Notes under the pieces: generated by a model
Databases searched by the model: none
What the model saw: only the letters and a program-made list of their open reading frames with translations
Told to the model about the DNA's origin: nothing
Shown: positions 25,856-36,650 of the stretch, in pieces
Position numbering within the stretch: position 1 is the first letter of the stretch
Layout: each line of letters opens with the position of its first letter
Position numbers and translations under genes: made by a program
From: an uncultured virus (IMG/VR IMGVR_UViG_3300030107_004497)
Lineage: Duplodnaviria; Heunggongvirae; Uroviricota; Caudoviricetes; Crassvirales
Reading direction: 5' to 3' (one strand)
Length of the DNA: 64,000 nucleotides
Virus record (IMG/VR): IMGVR_UViG_3300030107_004497

Positions 25856-28071
25856 TGTACGAGCAAAATTTATTTAAGGTTATACAACCTATTAAAAAAA
25901 CAACAATTACACGTTTAAACCGTGGTAAAAAATGGAAATATGGATATGATAAAGAACATGATATCGTGGTTATCTCTAAGACTGGAAAAATTGGAGAAAT
26001 ATATGAAATTCAAGGTTTGCGAATTGGGCTGCCGTTGGAACCAAAAGGAGTGTATGTGCACCCCGAAAAGAAATGGGTAAAATTTGAAACACCTAAAGAA
26101 TTAAGTAGATTAAAAAATATATTTGATTGGAGAAGTTATCCAGAGGAGTCAAAAGAACAGTGGTACGATTATATAGACGAAGAGTTTAAACGTAGAGAAG
26201 AAGGTTTTTGGTTTTTTAATAAAGATAAACCAACGTATTTAACAGGTACGCATTATATGTACCTTCAATGGAGTAAAATAGACGTAGGTGCTCCTGATTT
26301 TAGAGAAGCAAATAGATTATTTTTTATATTCTGGGAAGCTTGTAAAGCTGATAAAAGATGTTACGGAATGTGCTATCTTAAAAACCGTCGTTCAGGATTT
26401 TCGTTTATGTCATCTGCAGAAACAGTTAATTTAGCTACTCTTGCGAGTGATAGTAGATTTGGTATCTTATCTAAAACGGGTGCTGATGCTAAAAAAATGT
26501 TTACAGATAAAGTAGTACCTATTAGTATAAATTATCCATTCTTTTTCAAACCGATACAAGATGGTATGGATAGGCCAAAAACAGAGTTAGCATATAGAGT
26601 ACCAGCTAGTAAATTTACTCGTAAAAAAATAACAGCTAACGAACAGTTAGAAGATATAAAAGGTTTAGACACAACTATTGATTGGAAAAATACAGGTGAC
26701 AATAGCTATGACGGTGAAAAATTAGCGTTACTGGTACACGACGAAAGTGGTAAATGGGAAAGACCTGATAATATATTAAATAACTGGAGAGTTACAAAAA
26801 CATGTTTAAGGTTGGGTAGTAAAATAGTTGGTAAGTGTATGATGGGCTCAACTTCAAACGCTTTAGACAAAGGAGGTGATAACTTTAAAAAATTATATAA
26901 TGCATCAGATGTCACGCAGAGAAACCGTAATGGACAAACAAAGTCTGGCTTGTATTCTTTATTTGTCCCAATGGAGTGGAACTACGAAGGATTTATTGAC
27001 GAGTACGGAATTCCAGTATTTGATAATCCAAACGATGATGTTGTCGGGCCAGACGGTGAATTAATAGATATAGGTATTATAGAGCATTGGCAAAACGAGG
27101 CTGATGGTTTAAAAACAGATCAAGAAGCTTTAAATGAGTTTTACAGACAGTTTCCAAAAACTACAGAACATGCCTTTAGAGATGAGGCATTGGGGAGTAT
27201 ATTTAATTTAATTAAAATATACGAGCAAATAGATTACAACGAAGAAATGTCCAAAAGTCTTGGAGTAACAACTGGTAATTTTCAATGGGCCTCTGGAATT
27301 AAAGATACACAAGTTGTTTTTTATCCAGATCAAAACGGTAGATTTAAGATTAGTTGGGTACCACCCCAACATTTACAAAATAAAATAATACTTAAAAACG
27401 GTGTTAAATATCCAGGTAATCATCATATGGGAGCTTTTGGTTGTGACTCTTATGATATATCAGGAACGGTAGATGGTAAAGGATCAAAAGGAGCTTTACA
27501 CGGGTTAACTAAATTTAGCATGGAAGACGCTCCAGCTAATAGCTTTTTTTTAGAATATTTATCAAGACCACAAACAGCAGAGATATTTTTTGAAGATATG
27601 TTAATGGCAATTGTTTTTTATGGAATGCCAATACTTGCTGAAAATAATAAACCTAGACTTTTGTATTATTTAAGACGTAGAGGTTATAGAGGTTTTAGTA
27701 TGAATAGACCTGATAAAGTTTGGAACAACTTATCTAAAGCAGAAAAAGAAGTTGGTGGTATACCAAACTCAAGTGAAGACATAAAACAAGCTCACGCGGC
27801 AGCTATTGAGATGTATATAAACGATCACGTGGGTATTAAACCGGATGGAGAGTTTGGTAGTATGTATTTTAATACAACTTTAAATGATTGGACTAGATTT
27901 GATATAACAAAAAGAACTAAGTTTGATGCCACTATAAGTAGTGGTTTAGCAATAATGGCCTGCAATAGACATTTATACGCGCCAAACGCAAAGATAGAAA
28001 GAACACCACTTGAAATTTCTATTGCTAAATATAATCAAGGAGGTAATATGAGTAGAATAATTAAAAATTAA
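25855..28071 (+). CDS. terL: Terminase large subunit (crAss-like type)
   Basis: KNRRSGFS Walker A variant, LVHDESGKW Walker B, GSTS, FGCDSYD nuclease, KFDATIS. Confidence 0.92.
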   Translation: MYEQNLFKVIQPIKKTTITRLNRGKKWKYGYDKEHDIVVISKTGKIGEIYEIQGLRIGLPLEPKGVYVHPEKKWVKFETPKELSRLKNIFDWRSYPEESKEQWYDYIDEEFKRREEGFWFFNKDKPTYLTGTHYMYLQWSKIDVGAPDFREANRLFFIFWEACKADKRCYGMCYLKNRRSGFSFMSSAETVNLATLASDSRFGILSKTGADAKKMFTDKVVPISINYPFFFKPIQDGMDRPKTELAYRVPASKFTRKKITANEQLEDIKGLDTTIDWKNTGDNSYDGEKLALLVHDESGKWERPDNILNNWRVTKTCLRLGSKIVGKCMMGSTSNALDKGGDNFKKLYNASDVTQRNRNGQTKSGLYSLFVPMEWNYEGFIDEYGIPVFDNPNDDVVGPDGELIDIGIIEHWQNEADGLKTDQEALNEFYRQFPKTTEHAFRDEALGSIFNLIKIYEQIDYNEEMSKSLGVTTGNFQWASGIKDTQVVFYPDQNGRFKISWVPPQHLQNKIILKNGVKYPGNHHMGAFGCDSYDISGTVDGKGSKGALHGLTKFSMEDAPANSFFLEYLSRPQTAEIFFEDMLMAIVFYGMPILAENNKPRLLYYLRRRGYRGFSMNRPDKVWNNLSKAEKEVGGIPNSSEDIKQAHAAAIEMYINDHVGIKPDGEFGSMYFNTTLNDWTRFDITKRTKFDATISSGLAIMACNRHLYAPNAKIERTPLEISIAKYNQGGNMSRIIKN

Positions 28072-28073
28072 GT

Positions 28074-30479
28074 ATGGCTGAATCAGTTATAAATAAATAT
28101 TTTCCTAGCCAAGTAGTTAGTGATTTGGAGAAAATGAGCTATGAGTATGGCTTGAAGGTGGCAAAAGCTATTCAACATGAGTGGTTTTCAAAATCATATG
28201 GAGGTAGTGATAGCAATAGGTTTCGTGGTAATGTTTCAAAATTTCATACATTAAGATTATACGCTAGAGGCGAGCAATCTATACAAAAATATAAGGATGA
28301 GTTATCTATAAATGGTGATTTGTCCTATCTTAATTTAGATTGGACACCTGTTCCTATTATTTCTAAATTTGTAGATATAGTTGTTAATGGTATAGCCGAA
28401 AGATTATATGATATAAAAGCTTACTCCCAAGATCCTTTTGGAGTTGTAAAAAGAACTGAGTACATGAAGAATATCGAGAAAGATATGAAAATGGCTGAGT
28501 TTAATAAATTTTGCAAAGATAGTTTTGCTATTAACACTAAAGAGAGTAAGGTAGAAACATTACCAGCTACGGAAGAAGAATTATCTTTACACATGCAACT
28601 TGACTATAAACAGTCTATAGAATTAGCAGAAGAACAAGCTATAAACATGTTAATGCGTGGTAATGATTTTAATTTAATAAAAAGAAGATTTTATCAAGAT
28701 TTAGTTACTTGTGGTATTGGCGCTGTTAAAACTTCTTTTAATCAATCTGAAGGTGTTACTATAGATTATGTTGATCCAGCTAATCTAGTTTATTCTTATA
28801 CTGATTCACCATTTTTCGATGATATATATTATGTTGGTGAGGTTAAAACAATACCTATAAATGAACTAGTAAAACAATTTCCTTATTTAGATCAAGATAA
28901 ATTAGAGAAAATAGCAAAAAGTAGTACTGGTACTTATGCTAATTATTATGGTCACAAAACAAATCAAGAGTCTGATAATAACAAAGTAGATGTTTTATAT
29001 TTTAATTATAAAACCTACATGAGTGAGGTTTATAAAATTAAAAAAATGGCTACGGGTAGTGAAAAAGCTATAGCTAAAGATGATAAATTACCTGATAGTG
29101 AGAGATATGAAAAATTATCAAGAAATATGGAATGTCTTTACGAGGGCGCTTTAATATTAGGTACTGATCAACTTATTAAATGGGAAAGAGCTTCTAATAT
29201 GATGCGACCTAAAAGTGACTATACTAAAGTTAAGATGAACTACGCTATATGTGCTCCTAGAATGTACGAAGGAAGAATTGATTCTTTAGTTAATAGAATA
29301 ACTGGTTTTGCTGACATGATTCAACTAACACATTTGAAGATACAGCAAGTAATGTCACGTATGGTTCCCGATGGAGTATTTTTAGATGTTGATGGTTTAG
29401 CTGAAGTTGACTTAGGTAATGGTACTAATTACAATCCACAAGAAGCTTTAAATATGTTCTTCCAAACAGGTTCTATACTTGGTAGATCTTATACTCAAGA
29501 AGGAGAAGGTAATCCAGGTAAAATACCTATTCAAGAGCTAAACAATGGAATGGCTGCTAGTAATAAAATGCAAGGTTTAATTAATACTTACAATTATTAC
29601 TTACAAATGATAAGAGACGTAACTGGTTTAAATGAGGCTACAGATGGTTCAACGCCAGCTGAAAGATCTTTAGTTGGTGTGCAAAAAATGGCTGCGGCAA
29701 ATTCTAATACAGCCACAAGACATATTTTAAATAGTGGTATGTTTTTAACGGCTGAAATAGCTGAACAACTTTCTCTTAGAATATCTGATATCATAGAATA
29801 TTCTCCTACAAAAAACGCTTTTATAGAATCAATAGGTGCGCATAATGTTGCTACATTAGAAGAAATGTCTAATTTACATCTTTATGATTTTGGTATATTT
29901 TTAGAGTTAGAACCAGATGAAGAAGAGAGAACAATGTTAGAAAATAACATTCAAACGGCATTAGCTAATCAAAGTATAGAACTTGAAGACGCTATTGATC
30001 TTAGAAGTATTAAAAACGTAAAACTATCTAATCAATTATTAAAATTACGAAGAAAGAAAAAAGGAGAAGAAGATCAAAGAAGACAGTTAGAGCAAACTCA
30101 AGCTCAGGGTAAAGCTCAAGCAGACGCTGCCGCAGCTCAAGCAAAAGCAGAGATTGATAAAAATGAATCTACTGTTAAATCTCAAGTTAGATTAGAAGAA
30201 ATAAAAACACAAGGTAAGTCTCAAATATTACAACAAGAGGCAGAAATAAAAAAACAATTAATGCAGATGGAGTTTCAATTTAATATGCAGTTGAAACAAT
30301 TAGAAGCTAGGACAAAAACCGAAACCCAAATATTAGCTGAAAATCGTAAGGACGATAGAGCTAAAATGCAAGCCACTCAACAATCTGAATTAATAGATCA
30401 AAGAGTAAATCAAAAACCACCTAAAGACTTTGAGTCGTCTGGAAATGACATATTAGGTGGATTTAATTTAGGCGTGTAA
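28074..30479 (+). CDS. Portal protein
   Basis: Follows TerL; 801 aa, PIISKFVDIVVNG, RDVTGLNE, Gln-rich coiled-coil C-terminus. Confidence 0.85.
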   Translation: MAESVINKYFPSQVVSDLEKMSYEYGLKVAKAIQHEWFSKSYGGSDSNRFRGNVSKFHTLRLYARGEQSIQKYKDELSINGDLSYLNLDWTPVPIISKFVDIVVNGIAERLYDIKAYSQDPFGVVKRTEYMKNIEKDMKMAEFNKFCKDSFAINTKESKVETLPATEEELSLHMQLDYKQSIELAEEQAINMLMRGNDFNLIKRRFYQDLVTCGIGAVKTSFNQSEGVTIDYVDPANLVYSYTDSPFFDDIYYVGEVKTIPINELVKQFPYLDQDKLEKIAKSSTGTYANYYGHKTNQESDNNKVDVLYFNYKTYMSEVYKIKKMATGSEKAIAKDDKLPDSERYEKLSRNMECLYEGALILGTDQLIKWERASNMMRPKSDYTKVKMNYAICAPRMYEGRIDSLVNRITGFADMIQLTHLKIQQVMSRMVPDGVFLDVDGLAEVDLGNGTNYNPQEALNMFFQTGSILGRSYTQEGEGNPGKIPIQELNNGMAASNKMQGLINTYNYYLQMIRDVTGLNEATDGSTPAERSLVGVQKMAAANSNTATRHILNSGMFLTAEIAEQLSLRISDIIEYSPTKNAFIESIGAHNVATLEEMSNLHLYDFGIFLELEPDEEERTMLENNIQTALANQSIELEDAIDLRSIKNVKLSNQLLKLRRKKKGEEDQRRQLEQTQAQGKAQADAAAAQAKAEIDKNESTVKSQVRLEEIKTQGKSQILQQEAEIKKQLMQMEFQFNMQLKQLEARTKTETQILAENRKDDRAKMQATQQSELIDQRVNQKPPKDFESSGNDILGGFNLGV

Positions 30480-30506
30480 ATTTATTAACTATTATTATAT
30501 TATATT

Positions 30507-31751
30507 ATGGCAAAAAAACAAAAAGAAGAGCCGAAAGTAGATAACGAAGTAGGCAAATTAAAAGTAAAAGAAAAGGTTGAAAAACAACCAGATAGTAACG
30601 AAACAAAAGGTGATGTTACTAAAGTAAAAGAAACAATGAAAATGAAACCTGAAGTTATAAAAGAAACTATAACTAAGGTTAATTTAGACAAACCAATAAA
30701 ACCAGAAGAAAATGAAACTAAAGAAAATAACGCTGACGACAGCGGAGTGGTTGCAGAGCCTAAAGATGCCGACACCACACAAAAACAAGAAGAAATACAA
30801 CCGGAAGAAAAAACACAAGAAACTCCAGTATTAGAAGAGATAACCGTAGATGGTGGTAAAGAAGAAGTTACTGTTGAAGCCACTGCTAAAGCTGTTGAAG
30901 AAGCAGTTCAAACTGGAAAACCTTTACCGGAAAATATTGAAAAACTAGTTAACTTTATAGAAGAAACTGGTGGTGATTTAAATGATTATGTAAAACTTAA
31001 TCAAGATTATAAAGAAATGGATAATCAAGATGTATTGTATGAGTATTACAAACAAACAAAACCTCATTTAAACGCAGAAGAAATAAACTTTTTAATGGAA
31101 GATTCATTTAAATATGATGAAGATGAAGATAGTGAAAAAGAAATTAAAAGAAAAAAATTAGCCTTAAAGGAGCAAGTTGCTAACGCAAGGCAACACTTGG
31201 ACAGTGCAAAGTCTAAATATTATGATGAAATCAAAGCTGGTAGTAAACTCACTAATGAGCAGAAAGAAGCTATTGATTTCTATAACAAGTACACGAAAGA
31301 AGCAGAGCAAACAACACGTTACGAAGAACAAGCTAAATCTAATTTTTTAAACAGAACTAATAAGTTTTTTGGCGATCAATTCAAAGGTTTTGAATATAAT
31401 GTCGGAGATAAAAACTATAGATTTAACGTTAACGACGTGAGTAAAGTTAAAGAAACGCAAAGTGACATTAATAATTTTATCGGAAAGTTTCTTGATAAAA
31501 ATCAACAAATGACAGACGAAGCGGGTTATCACAAAGCTTTACATGCTGCTATGAATCCTGACGCTGTAGCTAAACATTTTTACGAGCAAGGAAAGGCAGA
31601 TGCTTTAAAACAAAGTATCGAAGATTCTAAGAACGTAAACATGGACCCAAGACAAGAGTTAGGCCCTAACACTAATACTAGTGGAATTAAAGTAAAAGTT
31701 TTAGGAGATAACACTGCTGATTTCAAATTTAAAATTAAAAATAAAAAATAA
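30507..31751 (+). CDS. Capsid scaffolding protein
   Basis: Acidic Glu/Lys-rich helical protein between portal and capsid. Confidence 0.7.
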   Translation: MAKKQKEEPKVDNEVGKLKVKEKVEKQPDSNETKGDVTKVKETMKMKPEVIKETITKVNLDKPIKPEENETKENNADDSGVVAEPKDADTTQKQEEIQPEEKTQETPVLEEITVDGGKEEVTVEATAKAVEEAVQTGKPLPENIEKLVNFIEETGGDLNDYVKLNQDYKEMDNQDVLYEYYKQTKPHLNAEEINFLMEDSFKYDEDEDSEKEIKRKKLALKEQVANARQHLDSAKSKYYDEIKAGSKLTNEQKEAIDFYNKYTKEAEQTTRYEEQAKSNFLNRTNKFFGDQFKGFEYNVGDKNYRFNVNDVSKVKETQSDINNFIGKFLDKNQQMTDEAGYHKALHAAMNPDAVAKHFYEQGKADALKQSIEDSKNVNMDPRQELGPNTNTSGIKVKVLGDNTADFKFKIKNKK

Positions 31752-31771
31752 CAACTTAAAAATTATTAATT

Positions 31772-33277
31772 ATGGCAATTACTGCAGGAAATAATTTGAA
31801 TAGTGTACCTGCTCCAAGAAAGCAAACACTATCTACAAATTATCTAGACCTCAACAGCTCAGCTGGATGGGGACAACAATATGTACCAGACCTAATGGAG
31901 AAAGAAGCTGAGGTTTTTGGACCTAGAACTATTTCAGGTTTCTTATCTCAAGTTGGGGCTGAAGAGTCTATGGCTGCTGATCAAGTTATTTGGTCTGAGC
32001 AAGGTAGATTACACTTATCTTATTTATGTGATATTGATGCAACAGATGTTATTACAATTCAGTCTGATATTGATGGGCTTAATTATGCTGAAGCTGGTAT
32101 TACAGTTGATCATGGTATTAGAGTAAATGATACTGTTATCGTAGCTAACGGCGACGCTGTTTATAAAGGTATCGTAGCTTCTATGACTGGTACTAATAAT
32201 TGTGATGTTACGGTTAAAACATATGATGGTACTACTATCGCTACTAACACTGCTAACAAAGCAACAACTTTATTAGTTTTTGGTTCTGAATACGGAAAAG
32301 GTGTTGGTTACAACGCTATTGGAGGTACTCACTCTGACACTAGAGGTGCTAACGAACCAAAGTTCAGAACATTCTCTAACAAGCCGATTATCATGAAAGA
32401 TTACTACGAAGTATCTGGATCTGATGTTTCTAAGATTGGTTGGGTTGAGATCGCTGCTGAATCAGGAGAAACTGGTTACATGTGGTATTTAAAAGCTGAG
32501 TCTGATACTAGAGCTCGTTTTACTGACTACTTAGAAATGGCAATGTTAGAAGCTGAACTTGGTGATGACAACGCTCATAACTTTGGAGCTGGTGGTACTG
32601 GTAACGCTCAAGGTGTTGATACTGTTCTTGGTAACGCAAGTGGTGACACTGTTGGTACTGAAGGTTTGTTTGCTGCTATTGAAGATAGAGGTAATACAAC
32701 TTCTGGTGTAACTGGTGTTAATGCTGCTACTGATTTAGCTGAGTTTGATGCTATCTTAGCTGAGTTTGACAAGCAAGGTGCTATTGAAGAATATATGATG
32801 TTTGTAAACAGAGCTACTTCGTTAGCTATGGATGATATGTTAGCTTCAATGAATTCTTATGGTGCTGGTGGTACTTCTTACGGAGTATTCAACAACTCTG
32901 AAGATATGGCGTTAAATTTAGGTTTCTCTGGATTCCGAAGAGGTTCTTATGACTTCTATAAGTCTGACATGAGATACTTAAATGACAAAGCTACTAGAGG
33001 TGGTGTTAATGATAATGCTGCTGGTAACGCAATTAGAGGGGTAATGGTACCTGCTGGTACATCTACTGTCTATGATCAAATGTTAGGGAAAAATTTAAAA
33101 CGTCCATTCTTACATGTTCGTTATAGAGCTTCTCAAACAGATGACAGACGATTGAAAACATGGACTACTGGTTCAGTTGGTGCTGCTACAACATCATTAG
33201 ATGCGATGCAGATACACATGTTATCTGAAAGATGTTTAGTTACACAAGGTGCTAACAATTTCATGTTAATGAAGTAA
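31772..33277 (+). CDS. Major capsid protein
   Basis: Position, 501 aa, strong codon bias, W.EQGRLH, GTEGLFAAIE.RG, downstream terminator. Confidence 0.85.
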   Translation: MAITAGNNLNSVPAPRKQTLSTNYLDLNSSAGWGQQYVPDLMEKEAEVFGPRTISGFLSQVGAEESMAADQVIWSEQGRLHLSYLCDIDATDVITIQSDIDGLNYAEAGITVDHGIRVNDTVIVANGDAVYKGIVASMTGTNNCDVTVKTYDGTTIATNTANKATTLLVFGSEYGKGVGYNAIGGTHSDTRGANEPKFRTFSNKPIIMKDYYEVSGSDVSKIGWVEIAAESGETGYMWYLKAESDTRARFTDYLEMAMLEAELGDDNAHNFGAGGTGNAQGVDTVLGNASGDTVGTEGLFAAIEDRGNTTSGVTGVNAATDLAEFDAILAEFDKQGAIEEYMMFVNRATSLAMDDMLASMNSYGAGGTSYGVFNNSEDMALNLGFSGFRRGSYDFYKSDMRYLNDKATRGGVNDNAAGNAIRGVMVPAGTSTVYDQMLGKNLKRPFLHVRYRASQTDDRRLKTWTTGSVGAATTSLDAMQIHMLSERCLVTQGANNFMLMK

Positions 33278-33293
33278 GCATTTATTATATTAA

Positions 33294-33326
33294 GGATCGA
33301 GGCTTCGGCCTCGACCCTTTCTTTTT
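33294..33326 (+). terminator. Rho-independent terminator
   Basis: TCGAGGC-TTCG-GCCTCGA followed by a T-rich tail. Confidence 0.85.
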
Positions 33327-33350
33327 ATTAATTTTATTATATATTATATT

Positions 33351-34202
33351 ATGGCAAAAAAAGCAAAAAAAGACTCTTATCAGGGAGATCCTGGAGATGA
33401 GCACGTAGAAAAAGTGGTAGTTGAAACTCCACCGGTTGTAGAACAACCAAAAGTAAGAGAAAGATTAAAACCATCTAAAGAATGGGAAATAAAAGATAGA
33501 ATTTATTACTTAAAAGGTAATAAAAGACCACTATCTAGAATGATAAAATCAGCAAATATTTATTATTTTGACGAAGAAAAAGGTTATGAAAGAGAACTTA
33601 AATATTGTCAAAATCAAAAAACACCATTTGTTGATGAGATGAAAGGTGATCAAAGATTAGATCATATAATTTTTAGAAACGGAAGTTTATATGTAGAAAA
33701 AGAAAAAGTAATTTTACAAAAATTATTATCTTTATATCACCCACAAAGAGATAAATTATTTTATGAATTTATACCAACGGCTATAGCTGAAGAAGAAATA
33801 GATGTGTTAAACATGCAGGTTGACGCATTAATGGCGGCTAGAAATATAGATATTGATATGGCAGAAGCTATCATGCGTGTAGAGAAGGGTTCTGAGGTAT
33901 CAGAGTTGAGTTCTAAGGAACTTAGAAGAGATTTATTAGTATTTGCTCGTAATAATCCTAAACTATTCTTAGAATTAGCGGATGATGAAAATGTAATGTT
34001 AAGAAATTTCGGTATAAAATCTGTTGAAAGTGGATTTTTAAGATTATCACAAGATCAAAGATATTTTATGTGGGGATCTAATGGTAGAAAAATAATGACA
34101 ATACCTTTTGACGAGCATCCATATACTGCTTTGGCTCATTGGTTTAAAACTGATGAAGGAATGGAAGTTTACAGTAATATTGAAAAAAGAATGAATCAAT
34201 AG
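33351..34202 (+). CDS. Conserved phage protein downstream of capsid
   Basis: ORF track. Confidence 0.8.
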   Translation: MAKKAKKDSYQGDPGDEHVEKVVVETPPVVEQPKVRERLKPSKEWEIKDRIYYLKGNKRPLSRMIKSANIYYFDEEKGYERELKYCQNQKTPFVDEMKGDQRLDHIIFRNGSLYVEKEKVILQKLLSLYHPQRDKLFYEFIPTAIAEEEIDVLNMQVDALMAARNIDIDMAEAIMRVEKGSEVSELSSKELRRDLLVFARNNPKLFLELADDENVMLRNFGIKSVESGFLRLSQDQRYFMWGSNGRKIMTIPFDEHPYTALAHWFKTDEGMEVYSNIEKRMNQ

Positions 34203-34210
34203 TAAATAAT

Positions 34211-34239
34211 ATGGTTGCCCTTCGGGGCGACCATTTATT
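34211..34239 (+). terminator. Probable rho-independent terminator
   Basis: ATGGTTGCCC-TTCG-GGGCGACCAT followed by TTATT. Confidence 0.75.
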
Positions 34240-34253
34240 AAAAATTAAATTAT

Positions 34254-34430
34254 ATGGAAAATAAAAAATCGAAAGGATTAGGTGATACAGTAGAAAAAAT
34301 TACAACAGCCACTGGTGTAAAATCATTTACTAATTTCTTAGCTAGAAATGGTGTTTTTGGTAAGAAAAAAGATTGTGGTTGTAACAAAAGAAAAGAAGCT
34401 TTAAATAAAGCTTTTCCTTATAAAAAATAA
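34254..34430 (+). CDS. Small protein, 58 aa (SKGLGDTVEKIT...DCGC.KRKE.LN)
   Basis: Hand-translated; motif pattern familiar from Bacteroidota phages. Confidence 0.75.
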   Translation: MENKKSKGLGDTVEKITTATGVKSFTNFLARNGVFGKKKDCGCNKRKEALNKAFPYKK

Positions 34431-34436
34431 TAAAAA

Positions 34437-35174
34437 ATGGCAGTAAACGTAGATACAGTATATCAAACAGTACAAGCTTTAGCTAACAAAGAACAAAGAG
34501 GTTATCTTACACCTCAAGAGTTTAATTTATTTGCTAATCAAGCACAGCAAGATATATTTGAACAATACATCTACGAGTTAAGCGCTTTTAAAAGACAATC
34601 TCCACAAGAGAGAGAACTAGGTGACTCCGTGCAAACTGTATTATCAAAAATACTAAATACTAGCGGTGTTACTCATAGTACTAGTACCCCAGTTACTGGT
34701 GGAACAAATATACCTTTCACTGCTGCGTCTACAACTGTTTATACCGGTAGAATATTTGCTACTGTAGCTGGTGAAAGAAGATCTATAAGATTAATAGAGC
34801 CAAGTGAAATATATGATATAAGAGGATCTAGATGGCACAAAATAGGTTTTAGTGATGTTGTATATTTTGAAGATGGTATAAACAGAATACAAGTTTGGCG
34901 TGGTAATGGAACGACATTAACACAAATGACAACCGGTATAACATGTGAAACAATAACAGGTAGACCTAGTAGTGTTTATTGGGGTTACAATATTGTAAAC
35001 GAAAAGCCAGTTTGGAATCCAGCTGCTAGTAAAGATTTTAGTTTAGAAGTCGGTGAGCAAGCTGATATAGTGGCTAAAGTGTTAAAACTAGCCGGTATAT
35101 CTATTGAAGATCAATTATTATATCAAGCTGGAGCCGCTGAAGAAGCATTAAATCAACAACAAGAAAATAAATAA
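34437..35174 (+). CDS. Head-tail ring/adaptor protein
   Basis: NKEQRGYLTPQEFNLFANQAQ; position before the muzzle. Confidence 0.7.
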   Translation: MAVNVDTVYQTVQALANKEQRGYLTPQEFNLFANQAQQDIFEQYIYELSAFKRQSPQERELGDSVQTVLSKILNTSGVTHSTSTPVTGGTNIPFTAASTTVYTGRIFATVAGERRSIRLIEPSEIYDIRGSRWHKIGFSDVVYFEDGINRIQVWRGNGTTLTQMTTGITCETITGRPSSVYWGYNIVNEKPVWNPAASKDFSLEVGEQADIVAKVLKLAGISIEDQLLYQAGAAEEALNQQQENK

Positions 35175-35176
35175 TT

Positions 35177-36646
35177 ATGCCTATAACTTTACCAATACCA
35201 AACTCTCCTGGAGGAAACGCACAAGCAACTAACGCTCAAAGTTATTATTCTGGTAGTAACTATGGTGAATATTCTTTTGTATCATTACAAGAAATTATAA
35301 ATAATTTTACAGCGGTGTATGTTGGTGAAAACAAAATATTTGCAAATTTACACGGTGGCGATATATCTTACCATGCACATAGGGCATTACAAGAATTGCA
35401 TTATGATACGTTAAAATCTTGTAAAAGTATTGAGGTTGAAGTTTGTAACAATTTAAAAGTACCACTTCCAAATGATTATGTTAACTATGTAAAGTTAAGC
35501 CGTGTTGATTCTGATGGTATACATCGTGTTATATATCCAACTAGAAAAACTAGTAATCCATTTGCTATAGAACAAGATCAAGATGCTTGTACTGATTGTG
35601 GTGATAATAATACGTCTCAAACATATCAATATAATGGTCAAAATTTAGATCCACAAGATGAAATATGTAGTACTCAAGATTTGACAACTACATCACCAAC
35701 TTTTAGCAATTGGGCTGGTTGTGCTGCTCAAACAATATATACTCTGTATGGAGTGAGCATAGCTAGCACTGATTACACTGTTAATGATATGACTAGTATA
35801 TTAGATATTTTAACGGTTGGTGGTACAGTTTCAGTAGGGAATGGCCCTTGTGGTTTTGCTATCAATCCAAACGCTAACTCAACTACAAATGGATATTTTC
35901 AAGATTTTTTTGCAAGTGTTGACACTTATTGTCAAGAATTAGCAGCAGCTGGTGGACCTATAAATTGTGGTGCACAAAATCCAGCGGGATGGACTAATTG
36001 GAATATGAATGTTAATAACATGACATTAAATCAAATATTTACCGAAACTCTTGCTAATGGAGGTTGGACAGCTTTTACAGACCCTCAACAACCAGCAAAC
36101 AATGGTATAAACTTAAATGCTTTATTAACCGGTGGGTTACCACAGGTTACACAAACCGTTACAACTTACGAAGATATATCTGATAGTTGGTCAAGATACA
36201 AAAGTAGTTCAGCTAACTCAAATAGTGTTAGTGTTAACTCTAACGCATCAGTTGATAATAGTTCGTACTTTACAAATATGGGACAACGTTTTGGTATGGA
36301 ACCAGAGTTTTCTCACAACAACGGATCTTATTTTATAGATTGTCGTACAGGTATGATATTCTTTAGTTCTAGTATGGTTGGTGAAACTATTGTGTTAGAA
36401 TACATAAGTGATGGTCATGGTACTGATGATGAGTTAATAGTTCCTAAATTAGCTGAAGAAGCAATGTATAAATGGATTGCTTATGGATGCGCTCAAGCTA
36501 GAGCAGATGTCGATCAAGGCACTATAGCTAGATTTAAAAGAGAAAAATTTGCTGAAACTAGAAAAGCAAAAATAAGATTGTCAAATATTAAACTAGAAGA
36601 AATAACACAAGTCTTTAGAGGTATATCGAAACATATTAAACATTAA
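35177..36646 (+). CDS. Tail ring protein with large central insertion
   Basis: RALQELHYD, LPNDYVNYVKLS, LEYISDG, VPKLAEEA, AKIRLSNIK. Confidence 0.7.
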   Translation: MPITLPIPNSPGGNAQATNAQSYYSGSNYGEYSFVSLQEIINNFTAVYVGENKIFANLHGGDISYHAHRALQELHYDTLKSCKSIEVEVCNNLKVPLPNDYVNYVKLSRVDSDGIHRVIYPTRKTSNPFAIEQDQDACTDCGDNNTSQTYQYNGQNLDPQDEICSTQDLTTTSPTFSNWAGCAAQTIYTLYGVSIASTDYTVNDMTSILDILTVGGTVSVGNGPCGFAINPNANSTTNGYFQDFFASVDTYCQELAAAGGPINCGAQNPAGWTNWNMNVNNMTLNQIFTETLANGGWTAFTDPQQPANNGINLNALLTGGLPQVTQTVTTYEDISDSWSRYKSSSANSNSVSVNSNASVDNSSYFTNMGQRFGMEPEFSHNNGSYFIDCRTGMIFFSSSMVGETIVLEYISDGHGTDDELIVPKLAEEAMYKWIAYGCAQARADVDQGTIARFKREKFAETRKAKIRLSNIKLEEITQVFRGISKHIKH

Positions 36647-36650
36647 TTAA

